Source of the DNA: a virus
Virus record (IMG/VR): IMGVR_UViG_3300029395_000163
DNA length: 64,000 nucleotides
Strand: one strand, 5' to 3'
Part shown: piece after piece, positions 46,358 through 55,391 of the stretch
Position numbering within the stretch: the stretch's first letter is position 1
How the letters are laid out: the number at the start of each line of letters is the position of its first letter
Program-made: the position numbers and the translations under genes
Notes under the pieces: model-generated
Databases searched by the model: none
The model's input: only the letters and a program-made list of their open reading frames with translations
Told to the model about the DNA's origin: nothing

Positions 46358-46607
46358 TAACAGAAACCATTAACGCCAAGTATGGATTAAAGAACAGGTT
46401 TAGTTTTATAGCGATTATGGTAATTATAGTAATCAGCGGTTTATTTGATTTTTCTGGTAAATGGTTAGTGGAATATATCTTTAAATGGAGACATATCAAT
46501 GGTTGAGTTAAATAAGTTATCTACATGTTATAGCAGAGACAAACCACTGCTCGAAGATTTTAATTATAAGTTTAATACGAGAATGTATGAGATATTAGGA
46601 GAAGTAT

Positions 46608-46907
46608 ATGGATAAAGCTGCATTATTTATGGATATGCCGGAAACCTGTGCGGAGTGTATGTTTTCTCGAAAGCTACCAGGAGGGATTACTGCTTGCTGC
46701 GAGATAGAGTCCGAGCCGTTAAATGAACGTCTTTGCAGGGTAATTGATCTAAAAGCCGGATATTTCAAGAAAAGGCAGACATGGTGTCCTCTGAAGAGAT
46801 TCTCAGGCGTAAAATGTGACAAATGTTTCAATATTTTTTTGCACGGGTATCAGTGCGGATGGGATGACTTTAAAAGACAAATGTTAAATGATGAGATGGA
46901 GGAGTAA
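46608..46907 (+). CDS. Cys-rich small protein (99 aa)
   Basis: CAEC, CC, C..C and CDKC motifs. Confidence 0.5.
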   Translation: MDKAALFMDMPETCAECMFSRKLPGGITACCEIESEPLNERLCRVIDLKAGYFKKRQTWCPLKRFSGVKCDKCFNIFLHGYQCGWDDFKRQMLNDEMEE

Positions 46908-46911
46908 GCGC

Positions 46912-47616
46912 TTGAGAAAGAAGAAGGAAACAATCGAAGTTCTAGAACAAGAAGAATTAAGGAATTTTATAAAATTTAGCCCCCAAATAGCCAAATGCAA
47001 CTTATGTAATAATGACCCGCAGATTATAAAAAAGACAGGAGTTGATAAGTACGGGTTTGAAGAAGCGAAATATAAAATATATTGTCCGACTTGCCAAGTA
47101 GGAACAGGATTTTCTTCATTTAATGGTACGGCAATAGATAAATGGAATAAGAAAATGTCTCCCATTAAGTATAAAGATTGTCACATATATGCGTTTACTC
47201 CGTCGGACGAACAATCAGATATTCTAATGGAAGACTATAAGCTTAACTTCTCGTTGCGAGAATATGAGATTGTTCATGGGAAGGGAGGAAGTCACTTTTT
47301 GTACTATATATACGACAAAAAAGAGCGAAAACTGAATCAAGATATTTTTGTCGATGATGTCGCACTATATGGTGCTAATTCGTTTTCCATGTTTATAGAT
47401 GGAATCCCTAAATTTAAAGTTTGCGTTGTTATTGCTAACAATAAAGAAGATGCAGCGAAAATGCTAAATAAAAGATTAGGAGATTTTTTTAAAGAGGGTA
47501 GAAAAACTTTAAATAAAAAGATAGAGAATTATGAGGAACTTTTGCATAATGCAGAACTTAAACTAAAAAAATACAATGACTATATAAACGAAATTTCAAA
47601 AAATAACAGCTTATAA
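46912..47616 (+). CDS. Lar-family-like zinc-ribbon domain (restriction alleviation type) fused to a roughly 150-aa C-terminal domain (234 aa)
   Basis: CNLCNN......YKIYCPTCQVGTGFSSFNGTAIDKWNKK resembles the Lar signature (C..C ... C..C ... A...WN). TTG start with GGAGGA at 8-nt spacing. Confidence 0.45.
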   Translation: MRKKKETIEVLEQEELRNFIKFSPQIAKCNLCNNDPQIIKKTGVDKYGFEEAKYKIYCPTCQVGTGFSSFNGTAIDKWNKKMSPIKYKDCHIYAFTPSDEQSDILMEDYKLNFSLREYEIVHGKGGSHFLYYIYDKKERKLNQDIFVDDVALYGANSFSMFIDGIPKFKVCVVIANNKEDAAKMLNKRLGDFFKEGRKTLNKKIENYEELLHNAELKLKKYNDYINEISKNNSL

Positions 47617-47631
47617 TATATGGGAGCGGAT

Positions 47632-48462
47632 ATGCAGAATATAAAAGATTATTGGACAGGCAAAGAAAAAAGAGCGGAAATTGCGAAAGTTCATACGAAA
47701 GAGATGGAAGAAAAATACTCGAAAGAAATAAAGTATTCCATTAAAAATACAGAAATCTGCAATTCTATAGATATCTTAAAAACAGAAAAAGAAGAGACAG
47801 AGAACACTACGGTAGAGGCTCAAATTTATGTCTGCGATATAGATACAGTTGGAGCAATTTTAGAGTTCGCTTCAAAAGATAAAAGAATTGCGGCTTTAAA
47901 TTTTGCTTCATACAAAAATGCCGGCGGAATGTTTATTAAAGGAAGTAGAGCGCAGGAAGAATGTCTCTGTCACGAGTCATTTTTATATAATGTGCTAAAA
48001 GAAGCGGAGCCATATTATGAATTAAACAGAAAAAGTAAAAATCATGCATTATATCATAACAGAGCCCTTTATTCTCCAGATATTATTTTTGAAAGAGAAG
48101 GCAAAATATGTTATTGCGACGTAATTACTTGTGCCGCTCCTAACAAGAGAGCAGCTCAAAAATATTGTAACGTCTCTGATGAAGAAAATTCGAGGGTTTT
48201 AGAATCGAGAATTGATTTTGTCTTAGACATAGCAAAAGGGCATAAAATAGATATTCTGATCCTTGGCGCTTTCGGATGCGGAGTTTTCGGACAAAGCGGA
48301 GAGGAAGTTGCAAAAATATTTCATAAGCTGTTATTGCGAGAAGAATATGGTTGTTTTGAGAGTGTCGTATTTGCTGTTCCTGCAAGTAAAAACGGGAATT
48401 TTCAGAGCTTTTACGATTGCTTTAGCGGTGAAATTTTAGAAGTGAAACATAATAGTCGATAA
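47632..48462 (+). CDS. Macrodomain protein of the bacterial-type poly(ADP-ribose) glycohydrolase family (DUF2263/TIGR02452-like), 276 aa
   Basis: LNFASYKNAGGMFIKGSRAQEECLCHESFLY matches the PARG signature GGG-x6-8-QEE. Confidence 0.6.
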   Translation: MQNIKDYWTGKEKRAEIAKVHTKEMEEKYSKEIKYSIKNTEICNSIDILKTEKEETENTTVEAQIYVCDIDTVGAILEFASKDKRIAALNFASYKNAGGMFIKGSRAQEECLCHESFLYNVLKEAEPYYELNRKSKNHALYHNRALYSPDIIFEREGKICYCDVITCAAPNKRAAQKYCNVSDEENSRVLESRIDFVLDIAKGHKIDILILGAFGCGVFGQSGEEVAKIFHKLLLREEYGCFESVVFAVPASKNGNFQSFYDCFSGEILEVKHNSR

Positions 48463-48488
48463 TCAAATTTTCTATACGGAGGAATTTT

Positions 48489-49814
48489 ATGTACTGTGCT
48501 TATATTACTACTATCAGAAAAATTAGAAAACATAGCAACGCAGACAGATTACAGTGCGTTGAGGTATTTGGACAGAATGTAATTGTCGATTTGAGTTACA
48601 AAGAAGGACAGAGGGTAGTATTTTTCCCGACAGACGGGCAGTTATCCGCTGAATATGCGGAAGAAAATAACCTTGTAAGAATTAAAGACGAAAATGGAAA
48701 TAATGTTGGCGGATACATGGACGAAAACAAAAGAAATGTTACTGCAATCAAATTAAGGGGAGAGAAGTCAGAAGGTCTTGTTCTTCCAATCGAAACGCTG
48801 GCTAAATATACAGATATCGAGAAATTAAAGGATGGAGACCAGATTACCGTTTTAGGCGGTCATGAAATTTGTCGTAAATATATTCCTAGAAAAAATGAGA
48901 GAAGTAGTTCTAACTATTCAGGAAGCAAAAATAGTAAAAGAAAGAATAAGAAGAAATTAGCTGTAGTTTATCCGTTCTTTAAGGAGCATAAAGATACCGC
49001 CCAGTTAGCTTACAATATGAATGCTTTTAAGCCGGGCGACACGATTTACATCACTCGTAAAATGCATGGGACTTCCGCTCGAACAGCTAAGACCGTAAAA
49101 GTTGAAGATAAGAATAGTTTTGTTAGAACATTGCTCCGAATGAAACCTAAGAAAGAGAAAAATATTGCGATTGTATCTGGAAGCAGGAGAGTGATTTTAG
49201 AAGACGTAACCAGAAATGATGGATATTACTCCGATAACTCATTTAGAAGAAAATATCATGAGCTGCTTAAAAATCGAATCCCAGAAGGAATGGAAATCTT
49301 TTATGAGATTGTTGGATGGGTAAACGAATCAACTCCAATTATGCCATCTGTTTCAAACAAGAAAGTCAAAGATAAAGAGTTTTCAAGAAAATTTGGCGAT
49401 TCAACCGTTTTTGCTTACGGATGCGAGCCGGGAGAATCAGAAATGTATGTTTATAGAATGACGATGACTTCACCAGATGGAACAGTAATTGAACTTCCGT
49501 GGGAAACAGTTAAGATTTGGTGCGAGAAACTCGGAGTCAATCATGTTCCAGAACTTGAGAAGTTTATGTTCACAACGCAGGAAGACTTAAAAGAAAGAGT
49601 AGATAAATACATTACTGGAATGCCAGCGGATGAAATTGGTAAGACCCATATTGCAGAGGGCGTAGTTGTCAGAATTGACAATAGAGAAAGCTTTACAGCC
49701 TTTAAAGATAAGTGCTTTGAATTTAAGGTTTGCGAAGGAATCATCAAAGATACATCCGACGTTCCAGATATGGAAGAAGCTGAAGAAGTTATGGAGGAAA
49801 ATATAAGTGCATAA
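48489..49814 (+). CDS. ATP-dependent RNA ligase (Rnl5/DraRnl-like; N-terminal OB-like domain plus nucleotidyltransferase), 441 aa
   Basis: Motif I KMHGTS (cf. T4 Rnl2 KIHGTN). Domain order resembles DRB0094-type ligases. Confidence 0.6.
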   Translation: MYCAYITTIRKIRKHSNADRLQCVEVFGQNVIVDLSYKEGQRVVFFPTDGQLSAEYAEENNLVRIKDENGNNVGGYMDENKRNVTAIKLRGEKSEGLVLPIETLAKYTDIEKLKDGDQITVLGGHEICRKYIPRKNERSSSNYSGSKNSKRKNKKKLAVVYPFFKEHKDTAQLAYNMNAFKPGDTIYITRKMHGTSARTAKTVKVEDKNSFVRTLLRMKPKKEKNIAIVSGSRRVILEDVTRNDGYYSDNSFRRKYHELLKNRIPEGMEIFYEIVGWVNESTPIMPSVSNKKVKDKEFSRKFGDSTVFAYGCEPGESEMYVYRMTMTSPDGTVIELPWETVKIWCEKLGVNHVPELEKFMFTTQEDLKERVDKYITGMPADEIGKTHIAEGVVVRIDNRESFTAFKDKCFEFKVCEGIIKDTSDVPDMEEAEEVMEENISA

Positions 49815-50802
49815 AAGAATACCTCGTTTAATTGTGATGGTTGGGCTTTCTGCGAGCGGGAAGTCTAGCTACGCAAAAGAACTTGAAAAGGAAAATCCGA
49901 CAAACACGATCGTAATTTCATCTGACGCAATAAGAGAAGAGATATGCGGAAGAGTGGAAGATCAATCTAAAAACGGAGAAGTATTTAGAATTTTCCACGA
50001 AAGAATTCGAAGAAATCTTGAAAAGAAAAAAGATGTTATTGCAGATGCAACAAATATTACGATGAAATCTCGCCGAGCAATTCTAAATCGTGTAAATGGC
50101 TTAGACGTACATAAAGAATGTTATATCATGTCAAAACCATTTAGTTATTGCGTGGAAGATAATAAAGATAGAGAGCATCCGGTTCCAGAAAGTGTTCTGT
50201 ATAAACAATTATTCAAATTCCAGATTCCATTCTATGAAGAAGGATGGGATTATGTTTCTATAGTGGCACGTCATGACTTCGACGACCTTTATAGAGCCTT
50301 TTCCGTTTCAGATTTGTTTAGTCGTATGTATCAGTTCGATCAAAAAAATCCACATCACAATAGAACACTGGACGAACATTGCTCAGAAGCATACGAATGT
50401 TTTTGCAAAATGAGAGGATATAATGCTCACTTCTTAAGATTAGCCAGTCATTTTGCCGTAGGAGCGTTCCTTCACGATATCGGAAAAGTGTTTACTCAAA
50501 AAATTGACGAAGATGGAATCGCCCATTATTACGGACATGCGGAAGTTGGAAGTTATATGGTTCTCACTGAATTGCAAAGACCAGATGATTTAAGAGGAAG
50601 TATGCCCCTTCTTGATTGTTGCTTTTTGATAAATTATCATATGTTGCCGTTTGGCTGGAATAGCGAAAAATCTATACGCAAATGGAGAAGTAGATTTGGA
50701 GACAAGAAATTTGAAGTTTTGCGAGATTTCCACCAGTGCGATATCGCAAGAGACAAAGCAAAAGAAATGGAGAAATCTATTGAGAGATGTAAGCAGGATT
50801 AA
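49807..50802 (+). CDS. Polynucleotide kinase (P-loop) fused to an HD-domain phosphohydrolase (331 aa); RNA end-healing enzyme
   Basis: Walker A GLSASGKSS at the N-terminus. C-terminal HHNRTLDEH...FLHDIGK...HYYGHAEVGS is an HD domain. GTG start with GGAGGA. Confidence 0.65.
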   Translation: MHKRIPRLIVMVGLSASGKSSYAKELEKENPTNTIVISSDAIREEICGRVEDQSKNGEVFRIFHERIRRNLEKKKDVIADATNITMKSRRAILNRVNGLDVHKECYIMSKPFSYCVEDNKDREHPVPESVLYKQLFKFQIPFYEEGWDYVSIVARHDFDDLYRAFSVSDLFSRMYQFDQKNPHHNRTLDEHCSEAYECFCKMRGYNAHFLRLASHFAVGAFLHDIGKVFTQKIDEDGIAHYYGHAEVGSYMVLTELQRPDDLRGSMPLLDCCFLINYHMLPFGWNSEKSIRKWRSRFGDKKFEVLRDFHQCDIARDKAKEMEKSIERCKQD

Positions 50803-50995
50803 AGAGTTTACGGATGAACTCGCAGAGATTTGGGCAGATGAATTTCCGGATTGGAGATTTGGGCAGTTAATGAATAATTTTTTAGCATGGCTGTCTTCAT
50901 ACAAGAAAACAGATTGCTTCTTTCCAGAAGAAAAAGAAATGATGGAATTGTTTAAAGAGTACGCAGGTAGAAAAACAGATATCACAAAGGAGTAG
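50773..50995 (+). CDS. Possible small protein (about 74 aa) overlapping the end of the kinase gene
   Basis: ORF-track ORF 50651..50995 lies in another frame. A plausible TTG start follows GGAG. Confidence 0.25.
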
Positions 50996-50998
50996 TAT

Positions 50999-52975
50999 TT
51001 GGAAAGTTACAGAAAAATCGAAAAAATTAAAGCTTTAATAAAAACTCTTAATGAAGCTTCTGAAGCATATTACAACTATGGGAACTCGGTTATGAGCGAT
51101 GCAGAATTCGACAAAAAAATAGGCGAGCTGAAGAAGTTAGAGTCAGAAACAAAATTTTATTCATCTAATAGCCCTACTCAAAATGTAGGAGCTACAATTC
51201 TAAAAAATATCCCAGAAGTAAAACATGATATTCCAATGCTTTCGCTTGATAAGTGTCATTCGATAGAGGAAGTAGTTGAATTTTCTAAAGGAAAAAATTC
51301 TGTTGCCTCTATCAAGCTTGATGGAATGAGTGTCCGACTAATTTACAAAAATGGCGATCTTCTTAAAGCAGTTTCAAGAGGAAATGGAATCGTCGGAAAT
51401 GATATTACGGAAGCTGCCAAACAGTTTATGAATGTGCCGCTACATATAAACAAAGAAGGCATCTATAAAATAAATGGTGAAGCGCTTATTAAGCTAGATG
51501 ACTTTAAAGAAGTAAATAAAAACGGAGAATATAAAAATAGTCGCAATTTAACTGCAGGAACATTATCTACGTTAGATACAAGCGTGGTAAAAAACAGAAA
51601 AATTAGCTGGTATGCATGGGAAGTAGTCGAAGGAGCTAAAGATTCTTTGTTTTCTTTGCAACTATCTGAAGCAGAATCTCTTGGCTTTGATGTTGTTCCG
51701 TTTAGTGGTGTTGTTTATGGAATGACAAAAATCGATGAAGTAATAGAGTTTTTTATCAAGAAAGCGGATGAAATGAATCTGCCGCAGGACGGAGTTGTCT
51801 TCAAATTTCAAGACGTAGACTACGGAAAATCTCTTGGATACACGAGTCACCATTTTAGAAACGGAATTGCATGGAAAGCAAAGAACGATGATATGGAGAC
51901 AAAGTTAAAGAGAATCGAATGGACAATGGGAAAGACAGGAAGTCTCTGTCCGACAGCTATTTTTGAGCCGGTAGGACTAGAAGGTACTACGGTAGAAAGA
52001 GCGTCTCTTCATAATATTTCCGTCATGAGAGAAACACTTCATCAACCATTCGAAGGACAGGTTATTGCAGTATATAAAAGCAATTTGATCATTCCTCAGA
52101 TAAGATGGGGCGAATATCTATCAGCGGAAGAATTAAAAAATAAAATGCTTATTAATCCTCCAGATAAGTGCCCATTATGCGGCGGCGAGACAGGGATTGT
52201 AAAGGAAAATAACAGCGAAGTTCTTATTTGCAAAAACCCTGATTGTCAGGGAAAACTGCTTGGCAAACTTTCTCATGCAGTGAGTAAAAATGCGCTAGAT
52301 ATAGACGGATTATCAGATGCTACATTACAGAGATTTATTAATAAGGGCTGGATTTGTTGTATTAAAGATATTTACCATCTCAACAAATATAAGAATAGTA
52401 TTCTCAGAATGGATGGATTTGGAAAAAAATCAGTTGAAAACTTGTTGGGCAGTATAGGGAGATCAAGAATTATTTCATTTGATAGATTTCTTGCCGCATT
52501 ATCAATCCCTTTGATTGGAACATCTGCAAGCAAAGACATGGCTAAAATGTGCAATTACGATATCGAAAAATTCAAGCAAATCATGGGAGAAAGTCCGTAT
52601 AAATTTACTGCAATAGATGGGTTCGGAGATAAAATGGCTCATTCGCTATTTGTGTGGTGGAGTAATAATTGCGACAAATTCCTTGAGTTGGAGAAAGAAT
52701 TCTTTTTTGAAAAAGTAGAGGAAAATCCGGCAGAAAATAAATTAGAAGGGAAGAATTTTGTGATTACCGGAAAGCTACATCAGTTTGCAAATAGAAGTAA
52801 GCTAAAAGAAAAAATTGAACAACTTGGCGGTAAGGTTGTCGGTTCTATTTCATCTAAAACAGATTATTTAATTAATAACGATAAAAATTCTACAAGCAGT
52901 AAAAACATCAAAGCAAAACAGTTGAATATACCGATTATTTCGGAAGAAGATTTTTTAGAAATTATAGAGGAATAA
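50999..52975 (+). CDS. ligA: NAD-dependent DNA ligase
   Basis: Domain Ia (YYNYGNSVMSDAEFDKKIGELKKLE), PMLSLDK, the adenylation motif KLDG, a Zn finger CPLCGG...C, and a C-terminal BRCT. Confidence 0.8.
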   Translation: MESYRKIEKIKALIKTLNEASEAYYNYGNSVMSDAEFDKKIGELKKLESETKFYSSNSPTQNVGATILKNIPEVKHDIPMLSLDKCHSIEEVVEFSKGKNSVASIKLDGMSVRLIYKNGDLLKAVSRGNGIVGNDITEAAKQFMNVPLHINKEGIYKINGEALIKLDDFKEVNKNGEYKNSRNLTAGTLSTLDTSVVKNRKISWYAWEVVEGAKDSLFSLQLSEAESLGFDVVPFSGVVYGMTKIDEVIEFFIKKADEMNLPQDGVVFKFQDVDYGKSLGYTSHHFRNGIAWKAKNDDMETKLKRIEWTMGKTGSLCPTAIFEPVGLEGTTVERASLHNISVMRETLHQPFEGQVIAVYKSNLIIPQIRWGEYLSAEELKNKMLINPPDKCPLCGGETGIVKENNSEVLICKNPDCQGKLLGKLSHAVSKNALDIDGLSDATLQRFINKGWICCIKDIYHLNKYKNSILRMDGFGKKSVENLLGSIGRSRIISFDRFLAALSIPLIGTSASKDMAKMCNYDIEKFKQIMGESPYKFTAIDGFGDKMAHSLFVWWSNNCDKFLELEKEFFFEKVEENPAENKLEGKNFVITGKLHQFANRSKLKEKIEQLGGKVVGSISSKTDYLINNDKNSTSSKNIKAKQLNIPIISEEDFLEIIEE

Positions 52976-52977
52976 AT

Positions 52978-53199
52978 ATGAAAATTTCAATGAGAACGAG
53001 AGAGGTAGTAGAGGTAGATGCATTTACCATTCTTTCAAATATAAGACATCGTTTGGGATTAGCTGGCTATTTTATGGAAGACAATAAAGTCTACGAATTT
53101 CTTGATGGGCAAGAGATAGAGGCACCCGACTATATCCAAGAAAAGAAAGAAGTTATTAATGCATTTGAAATACTAGAAGAAGAACTGAGAGACAAATAG
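52978..53199 (+). CDS. Hypothetical protein (73 aa)
   Basis: ORF. Confidence 0.45.
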   Translation: MKISMRTREVVEVDAFTILSNIRHRLGLAGYFMEDNKVYEFLDGQEIEAPDYIQEKKEVINAFEILEEELRDK

Positions 53200-53208
53200 G
53201 AGAGCTTT

Positions 53209-53889
53209 ATGAACAAAATAACGAAATTATTACTTGCGGGAGCTTTTTCTTCTGCGCTAAGTGTCGTCCCTGTTTCGGCGGGGACAGTAAATTTTCAGAC
53301 ATACTTTAAGCCGGACAAGGTAATTGTACAGAATGAGCATAATGGGTATTTAAATGTTTATAACGAAGAAAACGGAGAAAAACTGTATTCAGCAAAAAGA
53401 GACGTTAAATACCTATATTCTACAGCATCTTTAAATATAAGAAAAACTCCTTCTATTAATGGGGAAATACTTCAAACGGTTAGAATCGGAACAAAACTAA
53501 AAAGGATAGGAGATGCTTCTTGCGGCTGGGATATAGTAAAGCTTGCAGATGGAACAAAAGGGTTTGTGTGGAACGAATACTTAAGCGAGCAAAATCCGGT
53601 GATTCCTATGGGGAGATTTAAAATTACTTATTATTGCAACTGCGATAGCTGTAGCGAAGGATATGGAAGACTTACCAGCACGGGGCACACTTGCAAGAGC
53701 GATTATACTATAGCGGTTGATCCGTCCGTTATTCCTTATGGGACGACAGTTTATATAAACGGGGGAGAGTACCTTGCGGATGATTGTGGTGGAGCAATTA
53801 AAGGGAACATTATAGATGTCTACGTGGACCATCATGAGCTAACGGAAAAGAATGGCGTTGACTATTACGATGTTTACATAAAAAGATAG
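53209..53889 (+). CDS. Secreted SH3b plus 3D-domain protein (YuiC / MltA-like cell-wall binding or lytic), 226 aa
   Basis: Signal peptide, SH3b-like segment, then YYCNCDSC...IAVDPSVIPYGTTVYINGGEYLADDCGGAIKGNIIDVY (3D domain). Confidence 0.55.
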   Translation: MNKITKLLLAGAFSSALSVVPVSAGTVNFQTYFKPDKVIVQNEHNGYLNVYNEENGEKLYSAKRDVKYLYSTASLNIRKTPSINGEILQTVRIGTKLKRIGDASCGWDIVKLADGTKGFVWNEYLSEQNPVIPMGRFKITYYCNCDSCSEGYGRLTSTGHTCKSDYTIAVDPSVIPYGTTVYINGGEYLADDCGGAIKGNIIDVYVDHHELTEKNGVDYYDVYIKR

Positions 53890-53898
53890 GAGAACAAT

Positions 53899-54147
53899 TT
53901 GATTAAGAAAACGTTTTTATTGGATTTATCTAATATTTGTGATTTACAGAATTTCGTTAACGATTTGAATACGTATGTAATTGCCGATGTAGATGCAATA
54001 GTTGGAAGATATGTCGTGGACGCTAAATCGGTTCTTGGGATGATGTCAATATGCAACAGAAATATTAGAGTTGGGATACATAGTTGTTCGCAGAGAGGTC
54101 TTGAGACATTCGAAGGTATCTGCAAGAAATACGAGGTATCTGAATGA
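53899..54147 (+). CDS. HPr-fold protein of the Crh type (lacks His15, keeps Ser46), 82 aa
   Basis: Aligns to HPr: KTF..., ADVDAIVGRYVVDAKSVLGMMSI matches ..NLKSIMGVMSLG. The GIHARPA segment is replaced by NICDLQN. TTG start with an AGGAGAA RBS. Confidence 0.45.
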   Translation: MIKKTFLLDLSNICDLQNFVNDLNTYVIADVDAIVGRYVVDAKSVLGMMSICNRNIRVGIHSCSQRGLETFEGICKKYEVSE

Positions 54148-54317
54148 CGAATAGAGAAAGAATACGAGTTTTAAAAGAAATTAGAGATAGATACTTAATT
54201 CTAGGAGAGAACATGGCAGGTTCAGGACATGAACTCAATCTTTTAAAAAAAGAAATAGAGGCTCTGAATTGGGTGATTAAAGCCTGTGACAAATATGAAA
54301 AGCAAACGAGAAGTTGA
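54144..54317 (+). CDS. Small hypothetical protein (57 aa)
   Basis: ATG overlaps the upstream stop (ATGA); under the ORF-track cutoff. Confidence 0.3.
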   Translation: MTNRERIRVLKEIRDRYLILGENMAGSGHELNLLKKEIEALNWVIKACDKYEKQTRS

Positions 54318-54331
54318 GAGGTGGAAGCTTT

Positions 54332-54505
54332 ATGGCTATTAAAATTATTCAACACGGAAGATTAAGGAAGTGTGCTTGCTTTAATTGTGGATGCATTTTT
54401 TCGTTTGAAAGAGAAGATACGAAAGAAGAATTAGTAGGTATTTCAGAATATGCAACATGCGTAGAATGTCCAGAGTGCGAAGAAAGGAATATTATAAGTC
54501 TATGA
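54332..54505 (+). CDS. Small zinc-ribbon protein (57 aa)
   Basis: CACFNCGC....CVECPEC; GAGGTGG RBS. Confidence 0.45.
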   Translation: MAIKIIQHGRLRKCACFNCGCIFSFEREDTKEELVGISEYATCVECPECEERNIISL

Positions 54506-55239
54506 TTAAATTAGAAAATGTAGTTTTAGCGAATCCAGGGCAAATGGAGTTTATTATTGAAGGCATGAGGAATCCTATGAACTCATGGGAGAAGAGTGAT
54601 AGTGGCGTTTGTTTAAAAAGTTTACCATGTCACAGTTGTCATGAAAATAGAAATGACTGCAAGAAAAATATCGATTCTGGTTATGTTCTCGGAGAAAACG
54701 ACCACTCGCTCATGCAGCGCTTAGCTAAGGCTGGCACCGACCATAGAAAATTTATGAGAATGATGCCGGTGTATGTGAGAATTACGGCTCCTTTGTATTG
54801 GTGGAAAGAGTTTGATACTTATAAAGTGGCGACCGTTTCCAATAGTTGTTCGACAATGCACAAGATAGATGCAAAAAAATTTGTATTAGATGATTTTTCC
54901 TATGAACATCTGATAAATAATGAAGAAATTACATATCCAAACTCAGACGGTGGAGATGATGAATGGGGTTCTTTGGATATTTTAGATTTGACTATGGATG
55001 CCCTTAACCACTATAGGGATTTATACTTGAAAACAAAAAACAAGAAATATTGGTGGCAGATGATTCAACTATTGCCATCTTCATATAATCAGACTCGTAA
55101 TGTTTTTTTGAATTATGAGGTTCTGGCAAATATCTATAAATCTCGCAAAAATCATAAACTAGATGAATGGAGAGAATTCTGCAAATGGATTGAGAGTCTG
55201 CCATACAGAGAATTAATTACAGGGAAAAATGATGACTAA
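54502..55239 (+). CDS. Hypothetical protein (245 aa) with a weak ThyX-fold-like pattern but no RHR..S..SxRY motif
   Basis: DHRKFMRMMPVYVRITAPLYWWKEFDTYK loosely resembles FEH..FHVKAPIFVARQWFRHR of ThyX. Confidence 0.4.
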   Translation: MIKLENVVLANPGQMEFIIEGMRNPMNSWEKSDSGVCLKSLPCHSCHENRNDCKKNIDSGYVLGENDHSLMQRLAKAGTDHRKFMRMMPVYVRITAPLYWWKEFDTYKVATVSNSCSTMHKIDAKKFVLDDFSYEHLINNEEITYPNSDGGDDEWGSLDILDLTMDALNHYRDLYLKTKNKKYWWQMIQLLPSSYNQTRNVFLNYEVLANIYKSRKNHKLDEWREFCKWIESLPYRELITGKNDD

Positions 55240-55391
55240 TATTTTGGCATCAGTGCGGATAACGTGTCAGTCATATCTTTTCTTTAAATTTTTTCAAAGA
55301 CTTGCAAGCGGAGATTACGATATAGCCGCTTTTGCAGGCTTTTCTTTTATTCTATTAACAATCGTAATGTTTTCATAAGAAAAGGAGATAT

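Noticed and set aside
50651-50995. 114-aa ORF-track ORF overlapping 150 nt of the kinase/HD gene
   Set aside because: The long version lacks an RBS and runs inside a well-supported gene. Only a short TTG-initiated C-terminal portion (50773..50995) is retained, at low confidence.
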